DNA of 31,256 nucleotides from a virus. Taxonomy: Duplodnaviria > Caudoviricetes. The position numbers and the translations under genes are program-made. This document shows positions 28,765 through 31,256 of this stretch, in pieces. Numbering within the stretch: position 1 is the first letter of the stretch; every line of letters starts with the position of its first letter. The notes under the pieces were generated by a model. That model saw nothing but the letters and a program-made list of their open reading frames with translations. It was not told the DNA's origin and made no database searches. The stretch lies in the IMG/VR virus record IMGVR_UViG_3300044267_005815, positions 1 to 31,256 of that record. The stretch is one strand, 5' to 3'.

Positions 28765-28964
28765 AATGCCCTAGCTGCAACTCCTCAAAGACCTCGGTCA
28801 GGTCGACCCATTGGTCCGATGGTCTAGAAGCAGTGCGCCGGCGTCGACGGTGTGAGGAGTGTGGCTACCGCTGGGGAACCGTCGAAGTGGACGAAGACCA
28901 GTCTGGGATCATTCCCAAAAAACGACCCCCGCGCCAAAGTCGAAGCCCTCGTCGGGCCAATTAG
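28761..28964 (+). CDS. NrdR-like N-terminal Zn-ribbon protein (no ATP cone)
   Basis: MKCPSC...SVRST...RRRRRCEECGYRWGTVE; ATGA overlap with TerL. Confidence 0.75.
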   Translation: MKCPSCNSSKTSVRSTHWSDGLEAVRRRRRCEECGYRWGTVEVDEDQSGIIPKKRPPRQSRSPRRAN

Positions 28965-29271
28965 CCTCGCCAGACATCCCGGCACCATCGTCGTAGGCGT
29001 CTCGGATAACCTCCAGAGCGCATCGCTTCCAGAGGAACTCTTGTCGAGCGACATAGATCGAGGAGCTCATCATCAACTCGCCTGTCCACAAGCGGTCGCA
29101 TCTGACTACGCTGAAGAAGGCTGCGAGCTTTGCAGCGTCGAGGAGCTGAGTGTCTGGTCGACCGACCATGAGCTCCACTTGGCCTTGCTTAAATTGCACA
29201 ATCAAATCCCCCCGAAAGTTCAGGAAGAGCTGCGGCAACATCATGCCGTCAAGACCAGGCAGCCTGGGCAC
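28909..29271 (-). CDS. Hypothetical protein
   Basis: Start abuts the stop of 29271-29537; overlaps the convergent Zn-ribbon gene tail. Confidence 0.5.
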   Translation of the reverse strand: MPRLPGLDGMMLPQLFLNFRGDLIVQFKQGQVELMVGRPDTQLLDAAKLAAFFSVVRCDRLWTGELMMSSSIYVARQEFLWKRCALEVIRDAYDDGAGMSGEANWPDEGFDFGAGVVFWE

Positions 29272-29537
29272 TACCTGTTAGATCTCGAACCGCCGCTCTT
29301 CCAAGCGGATTTGACTTCCTCGAGCCCCTTGATGTGGCGCCTCAGGGAGTCGACACGCTTCTGAAGCTCGGGGACTTCAGAGTTGTCTTCCTCATGCGAC
29401 TGGGCATCCTTGTTCAAGATCTCGATCTTCATTTCAAGTCCCAGCATCGCTGCCGTGCAGCGTTCAATGTCTCTCCTGATGCGGCGAACCTTGTTCGCTG
29501 GTGTGTTCCTCATTGAGGGCTTCTTTGTTTTTACCAT
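29271..29537 (-). CDS. Hypothetical coiled-coil protein, probably leaderless
   Basis: Coiled-coil heptads; a promoter -10 lies 6 nt before the ATG. Confidence 0.65.
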   Translation of the reverse strand: MVKTKKPSMRNTPANKVRRIRRDIERCTAAMLGLEMKIEILNKDAQSHEEDNSEVPELQKRVDSLRRHIKGLEEVKSAWKSGGSRSNR

Positions 29538-29543
29538 GCATCG

Positions 29544-29572
29544 AACCTACGGTCGAAACGGTCGTATCTCAA
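29544..29572 (-). promoter_or_regulatory. Sigma70-like promoter TTGAGA-17-TAGGTT
   Basis: -35 at 29572-29567, -10 at 29549-29544, exact 17-nt spacer containing CGACCG twice, ATG 6 nt downstream. Confidence 0.55.
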
Positions 29573-29574
29573 CT

Positions 29575-29620
29575 AAATGAAAGCGGGGCGTCCCCACCCT
29601 CTCACAGGTGGGAACGCCCC
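29575..29620 (-). terminator. Probable intrinsic terminator of the leftward operon
   Basis: 14-bp stem (29585-29598/29607-29620). Its only mismatch becomes a G-U pair on the minus strand. Followed by GCUUUCAUUU. Confidence 0.6.
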
Positions 29621-29731
29621 TTGTGGGGACTGTGGTCGACTCACAGACCCCGTCGACCGCTCTAAACCGCCCTCTCACAGGCGGGAGACAATACGAGCGG
29701 TCGAATTCTGGTCAGTTCACTATTCGTCCGG

Positions 29732-30022
29732 CTAATACTCGATGTGGGCGACTCTTTCGCCGCGTCCAGTTTCACGGGGCTCTCTCGACTTGAAGATCCT
29801 AACCTCGCTTGATCTCAGCTCTTCAAGGATCGCGTCCGCAGGGGCGATCGCCTTTCGGATCATGTGATACACGCGGACACCTCCGCGCTGGATGTGGACC
29901 TCGACGCCGGAGCCGGGGCAATCGACGGTCATCGACTTGTTGATGTGCGTCACAACGCGGGGCTTCAGGCCCTGCTTGATGAAGGCGACCTTGACGATCT
30001 CCAACGCTTGAGTGGTCTTCAT
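29732..30022 (-). CDS. Hypothetical protein (96 aa) downstream of the ribozyme
   Basis: SD AGGAG 8 nt upstream of ATG 30022 (MKTTQALEIVK...). Confidence 0.7.
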   Translation of the reverse strand: MKTTQALEIVKVAFIKQGLKPRVVTHINKSMTVDCPGSGVEVHIQRGGVRVYHMIRKAIAPADAILEELRSSEVRIFKSREPRETGRGERVAHIEY

Positions 30023-30065
30023 ATCTAGTTCTCCTGTGAGAGACTGTGAGAGTCGGAAGCCTCGC

Positions 30066-30131
30066 TGGCTTCCCCGGACTCCCCCTGTGGGGAGTTTCGC
30101 CCAGACGCCATCTGGGCTCATCAGCGGGGAG
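30066..30131 (-). ncRNA. Type I hammerhead ribozyme
   Basis: Minus strand reads UCCCCG-CUGAUGA-GCCCAGA(uggcg)UCUGGGC-GAAA-CUCCCC(acag)GGGGAG-UC^CGGGGA. All core nucleotides and three Watson-Crick stems are present. Confidence 0.93.
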
Positions 30132-30139
30132 ATAGAAGT

Positions 30140-30709
30140 CTACTTGACCTCAGGCGCGCCCTCGATCCATGAGGGGGTCTCGCCGTTGCGGATGATGCAG
30201 TTCGGCATCTCCTTCCTGATCCAATGCGCGGACTCAGGGGTGAACTTCACCTTCTTGCGCCCCTGCTTCGCGCCCATGAATGCCATCGGGTTCTTGTCAT
30301 CTTGGTAGCACAGGTATCCCTTCTTGACCTCCTTCGCGATGCGGAACTCAGCGATCAGCACCTCGATCAGGGTGTCGGTGTGATCGTCACCCGCGGGAGT
30401 GAAGCCCCACTCCTTGAAGACCAGAGCCAAGGCAGGGTGAGCGTTCGCCCACTCCTTGAATGCCTTGAACTCTGAATAGGAGACCATGTCCGCTAAATTT
30501 TCTGTCCGACCGATGGGATCGACCATCATTTCACCTCCGCATCCTTCATCGAAGAATCTGGCGACCTTGCCCTTGGTCGGATGGTGGATCTCGCCGCGGC
30601 AACCCATGCCGTCCATGCCCTCCCACTCCTTGAACTTCTTGACGATGTAGGGAGGGGTCTGGGCCTGGTGGGAGGTGTGGTCTACGGACGGAATGGTTGA
30701 ATTAGACAT
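30140..30709 (-). CDS. Hypothetical phage protein (early-gene type)
   Basis: SD AGGAG. The YIVKKFKEWEGMDG...KVARFFDEGCGG pattern recalls an uncharacterised phage family. Confidence 0.75.
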   Translation of the reverse strand: MSNSTIPSVDHTSHQAQTPPYIVKKFKEWEGMDGMGCRGEIHHPTKGKVARFFDEGCGGEMMVDPIGRTENLADMVSYSEFKAFKEWANAHPALALVFKEWGFTPAGDDHTDTLIEVLIAEFRIAKEVKKGYLCYQDDKNPMAFMGAKQGRKKVKFTPESAHWIRKEMPNCIIRNGETPSWIEGAPEVK

Positions 30710-30721
30710 AGTTGGTTCTCC

Positions 30722-30754
30722 TGAACGGTTGAATTGTGAACGGTCGAATTGTGA
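30722..30754. repeat. 15-bp tandem repeat x2 (TGAACGGTYGAATTG)
   Basis: Copies at 30722-30736 and 30737-30751, one mismatch, in the leader of 30140-30709. Confidence 0.8.
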
Positions 30755-30794
30755 GAGGTTGAGTTCTAGTAAGAGGTCAGATCTGAGCAGCTCA

Positions 30795-30863
30795 GAGGCG
30801 AGCTGGAGAGGAGCTGAGAGGCGAGCTGGAGAGGAGCTGAGAGGCGAGCTGGAGAGGAGCTGA
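30795..30863. repeat. 23-bp perfect tandem repeat x3 (GAGGCGAGCTGGAGAGGAGCTGA)
   Basis: Exact copies at 30795, 30818 and 30841; intergenic. Confidence 0.95.
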
Positions 30864-30896
30864 GTCCCGCACCCTGGTCCTCGCCAGTCGCTGGGA

Positions 30897-31154
30897 TTAG
30901 GCCCAGCCGCGTCCCTCGATGGCGAGGAAATCCACGGCGTAGGACAAGAGAGTGAAGGCGCGGCGAACCTTGAAGGACTGAGTGGGCCAAGTCATCACGA
31001 TGACCCAGCCGCTGTCCGTATGATCGACCGTTGCCTCCACGGGACTTGAGTCCCGGCGAGACACCCCGTGGATCATCGTGCCCTCTCCGGTCTGCAGAGA
31101 CTGCAGGTGGAGGGACAGGACGCCGCGAGGAGACAGATTAGAGAGTTGATCCAT
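30897..31154 (-). CDS. Hypothetical protein
   Basis: SD GGAGG upstream of ATG 31154. Confidence 0.65.
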   Translation of the reverse strand: MDQLSNLSPRGVLSLHLQSLQTGEGTMIHGVSRRDSSPVEATVDHTDSGWVIVMTWPTQSFKVRRAFTLLSYAVDFLAIEGRGWA

Positions 31155-31256
31155 TGGGATCCTCCGAAGTTGTTAGAGAGCGTGAGAGCGCCCGTGCGTG
31201 GGCCTGAGACCTCCATCAATGCAGGAGGCGACGCTCGCCGCTGTGGCGAGTGCGTC

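Noticed and set aside
28761-28964. Bona fide nrdR gene
   Set aside because: Only the Zn-ribbon is present; there is no ATP-cone domain.
28852-29364. Plus-strand 170-aa ORF
   Set aside because: It overlaps the Zn-ribbon gene and two coupled minus-strand genes, and has no SD or motif.
30023-30121. ORF-track N-terminal extension of 29732-30121
   Set aside because: Its start lies in the hammerhead core CUGAUGA. The ATG at 30022 has a proper SD.
30795-30863. CRISPR array
   Set aside because: The repeats are contiguous with no spacers, and there are no cas genes.
31226-31256. Hairpin ending in GUC as stem III of another hammerhead
   Set aside because: The 5' side reads GAC rather than the required GAAAC, and the upstream sequence is outside the window.

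Overview
This window is a ~31 kb piece of a GC-rich tailed dsDNA phage (siphovirus-like). No host genes, integrase or DNA polymerase are visible. From left to right it holds: (1) a lambda/GTA-type tail module (chaperone with a -1 frameshift, tape measure, enlarged Dit-like protein, gpL-like hub, NlpC/P60, 2174-aa gpI/gpJ tip protein with inserted lectin-like domains); (2) membrane, lipoprotein, lysis and fibre genes plus an SNase-like nuclease; (3) a short leftward cluster with a secreted lysozyme-like protein; (4) an HTH regulator and replication genes (SNF2 helicase, putative SSB, RepB/AEP-type primase, UvrD-like helicase, HEXXH peptidase, RuvC-like resolvase); (5) terminase small and large subunits; (6) a leftward operon of unknown genes with structured intergenic RNA. 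The strongest hidden signal is a complete type I hammerhead ribozyme on the minus strand at 30066-30131, between two genes of that leftward operon. It has a competing downstream hairpin. The downstream cistron also has a structured 3' trailer whose loops are complementary to its own ribosome-binding region, which suggests a ribozyme-based mRNA processing and translation-control system. All calls come from manual motif reading; no searches were run.
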